64,000 nucleotides of DNA, taken from contig DAOUHP010000079.1 of NCBI GenBank assembly GCA_034428575.1, positions 1,163 through 65,162 on the forward strand, written 5' to 3'. This document shows, piece after piece, positions 62,241-64,000 of the stretch (position 1 is its first letter; each line of letters begins with the position of its first letter). The position numbers and the translations under genes are program-made. The DNA is from Dehalococcoidia bacterium (GTDB taxonomy: Bacteria; Chloroflexota; Dehalococcoidia; Lucifugimonadales; Australimonadaceae). Under the pieces are notes generated by a model. It was not told where the DNA came from. It searched no databases and worked only from the letters and a program-made list of their open reading frames with translations.

Positions 62241-63426
62241 ACAGCTCTATACCGCCATCGACGTCGGCACGACGAAAGTCGTAACTCTTGTCGCAAGGGC
62301 CGGCATGGACGGCGGAGTGGAGATAGTTGCCAAGGGCTACGCGGCTTCGGCCGGCATGCGCAAGGGCATGGTCGTTACCCCCGACGCGATGAAGGAGTGC
62401 ATCCGGCTGTCGGTAAGCGAGGCGGAAAAGGCGCTGGGGCGCAAGCTGCCGCCTGCCATCGCAGGCGTCACAGGCAGTCACCTGCAGTCGCAGAACGTCC
62501 GCCACGACGAGACCGGGCACGGCATCGTCAACAGCGAGGGTTACTTCACGCAGTCCAACGTCGATGACCTGGTGCAGTCCACCTCTCACAATCCCATCGG
62601 CATGCGGGTCATCCAGACTGTTCCACGGTCGTTCGAAGAGTCCCACGTCATCATGGGCGATTCGGTGCCGGTAGACACACTTCGCGCCACCATATCCGCG
62701 TCCGGCGTAACCCTCCGCGGGCTCGTCGCGGAGCATCTCGCCAGCGGCGAAGCAGTCCTGAATCCGGAAGAGCGAGTCCTTGGCGTCGTCCTCGTGGACA
62801 TCGGTGGCGGCTCCACGGATGTTGTTGTCTACCGCGAGGGGTCTGCCTGGTACACCACCAGTATCCCCATCGCAGGACAGCACTTCACAACCGACATCGC
62901 AACCGGACTCGGTCTGCTCCCCATCGCTGCCGAGCGCGCCAAGATCTCCAGGGGCTCGGTCTGGTTCGAGCATCTCACCGAGCGCGACACCGCCGACGTG
63001 AAGCCCGGGCTGGGCAGCAATGTCACCTCTGTGCACCTCAAGAAACTCAACCGGCTGTTGCATGACCGGGCCGTGGAACTCGTGCGGCTTATGATGCATC
63101 GCCTTGCCTCCAACGGGCTTTCGCATATCCCGTCTGGCGGGATCGTGCTGACCGGCGGAGCGTCAGCGTTGCCCGGGATCGTGGACATCGTGGCGGATTA
63201 CGGGAAACGCCCGGTGCGCATCGGGACTCCCGCACCCACGCTTGGGCTGCCGGATGAGTTGATGGACCCCGCCTACTCCACAGCAGTCGGCCTGGTGCTG
63301 TGGGCCATGCGCCAACGACACGTCGATGCGCTCACGGAATCGAAGCCCGCGGGTCAACCTCGAGGACGGTCCGGCGGCTGGCTGTCCCGCTTCAAGTCAA
63401 GGGAGCCGACGGGAGCGGGCGTATGA
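62224..63426 (+). CDS. ftsA: Cell division protein FtsA
   Basis: Actin-fold motifs AIDVGTTKV, VDIGGGSTD and LTGGASALPG. Overlaps rsmH by 17 nt. GGAAGGGG SD. Confidence 0.9.
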   Translation: MTNSREQLYTAIDVGTTKVVTLVARAGMDGGVEIVAKGYAASAGMRKGMVVTPDAMKECIRLSVSEAEKALGRKLPPAIAGVTGSHLQSQNVRHDETGHGIVNSEGYFTQSNVDDLVQSTSHNPIGMRVIQTVPRSFEESHVIMGDSVPVDTLRATISASGVTLRGLVAEHLASGEAVLNPEERVLGVVLVDIGGGSTDVVVYREGSAWYTTSIPIAGQHFTTDIATGLGLLPIAAERAKISRGSVWFEHLTERDTADVKPGLGSNVTSVHLKKLNRLLHDRAVELVRLMMHRLASNGLSHIPSGGIVLTGGASALPGIVDIVADYGKRPVRIGTPAPTLGLPDELMDPAYSTAVGLVLWAMRQRHVDALTESKPAGQPRGRSGGWLSRFKSREPTGAGV

Positions 63427-63540
63427 GTCGAAGAAACAGGGCATTCCCACAACGGGAGTAGCAGGGCAAAAAGCGGAAGAGGGCGTCTCAGGAAGACAAC
63501 ACCATCAGTCCAATACGGACCAGGCAAAGGGGTAACGGTT

Positions 63541-64000
63541 ATGACCATGGAACTATTCGGCAACGAGCACAAGGCGGACATCGACGGCATCGCGCGCGTC
63601 AAGGTTATCGGTGTAGGCGGCGGCGGCTGCAACGCCGTCAACCGCATGTACCGCGAACGCGTCCCGCACGTCGAGTATCTGGCCGTGAACACGGACGCCC
63701 AGCACCTCGTGCGGCTCGACGTGCCGGTCAAGATACGCATCGGCGACACGATCACACGCGGCCTCGGCGTAGGCGGCGACCCTGAGATCGGACGCACCGC
63801 AGCCGAAGAGTCTCGTGAGGAGATCTACGAATCGGTCCGCGGCGCCGATATGCTCTTCATAGCAAGCGGCATGGGTGGAGGCACCGGAACAGGTGCAGCC
63901 CCTGTCGTTGCCGAGGTTGCCCGGGAGACCGGTGCGCTCACCATCGCGGTCGTAACCAAGCCGTTCCGCTTCGAAGGCCGCAAGCGCGGCAAGAACGCCG
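63541..64000 (+). CDS. ftsZ: Cell division protein FtsZ (N-terminal part; continues past the window end)
   Basis: My own translation from the ATG at 63541 gives [36 protein letters not shown]...[16 protein letters not shown]...VTKPFRFEG, with the tubulin signature GGGTGTG. The ORF is absent from the track because it is open-ended. Confidence 0.95.
   Translation, partial: MTMELFGNEHKADIDGIARVKVIGVGGGGCNAVNRMYRERVPHVEYLAVNTDAQHLVRLDVPVKIRIGDTITRGLGVGGDPEIGRTAAEESREEIYESVRGADMLFIASGMGGGTGTGAAPVVAEVARETGALTIAVVTKPFRFEGRKRGKNA

Overview
High-GC (about 60-65% by eye), very gene-dense bacterial chromosome segment with roughly 55 protein genes and one tRNA. I see no rRNA, CRISPR array, transposase or integrase. 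All calls rest on the supplied ORF track, motifs I recognise, and hand inspection of Shine-Dalgarno sites, promoters and hairpins. No BLAST or HMM search was possible, so product names are family-level.

Positions 1-53250 form an unusually dense oxidative catabolic region:
- 5 alpha-type Rieske ring-hydroxylating oxygenase large subunits and 4 beta subunits.
- 4 single-subunit phthalate-family or related Rieske oxygenases, two of which are a recent tandem duplicate.
- 1 Rieske ferredoxin.
- 2 LigB-type and 1 VOC-type extradiol dioxygenases, and 1 bicupin.
- 3 amidohydrolase-2 paralogues, 2 tandem M24 (creatinase/prolidase-like) proteins, and an SDR.
- A meta-cleavage-product hydrolase, MmgE/PrpD, an LLM flavin oxidoreductase, RidA, and PanB-like and PqqC-like proteins.

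Interleaved with these are 4 lipoprotein solute-binding proteins, 4 fused two-domain ABC permeases but only 1 ABC ATPase, plus a TRAP fused permease, an MFS transporter and a CDF transporter. I find no transcription factor and no oxygenase reductase anywhere in the window.

Positions 53300-64000 are housekeeping: tRNA-Ala(UGC), a homocysteine methyltransferase/MTHFR fusion, a lactate permease, a methyltransferase, an orphan 597-aa coiled-coil protein, a class-V aminotransferase, and a minimal rsmH-ftsA-ftsZ division cluster.

Most interesting observations:
- A conserved, unrecognisable ~65-75 aa protein sits directly after two different Rieske alpha-beta pairs.
- The tandem Rieske oxygenase pair carries a 141-nt perfectly identical tract over the Rieske domain.
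- Both LigB paralogues appear to have a His-to-Gln substitution at a metal ligand, and both M24 paralogues a Glu-to-Lys substitution.
- A strong stem-loop follows every one of the four binding-protein genes.
- The region has neither regulators nor a reductase.

The lineage guess (Chloroflexota, SAR202-like) is inference only.
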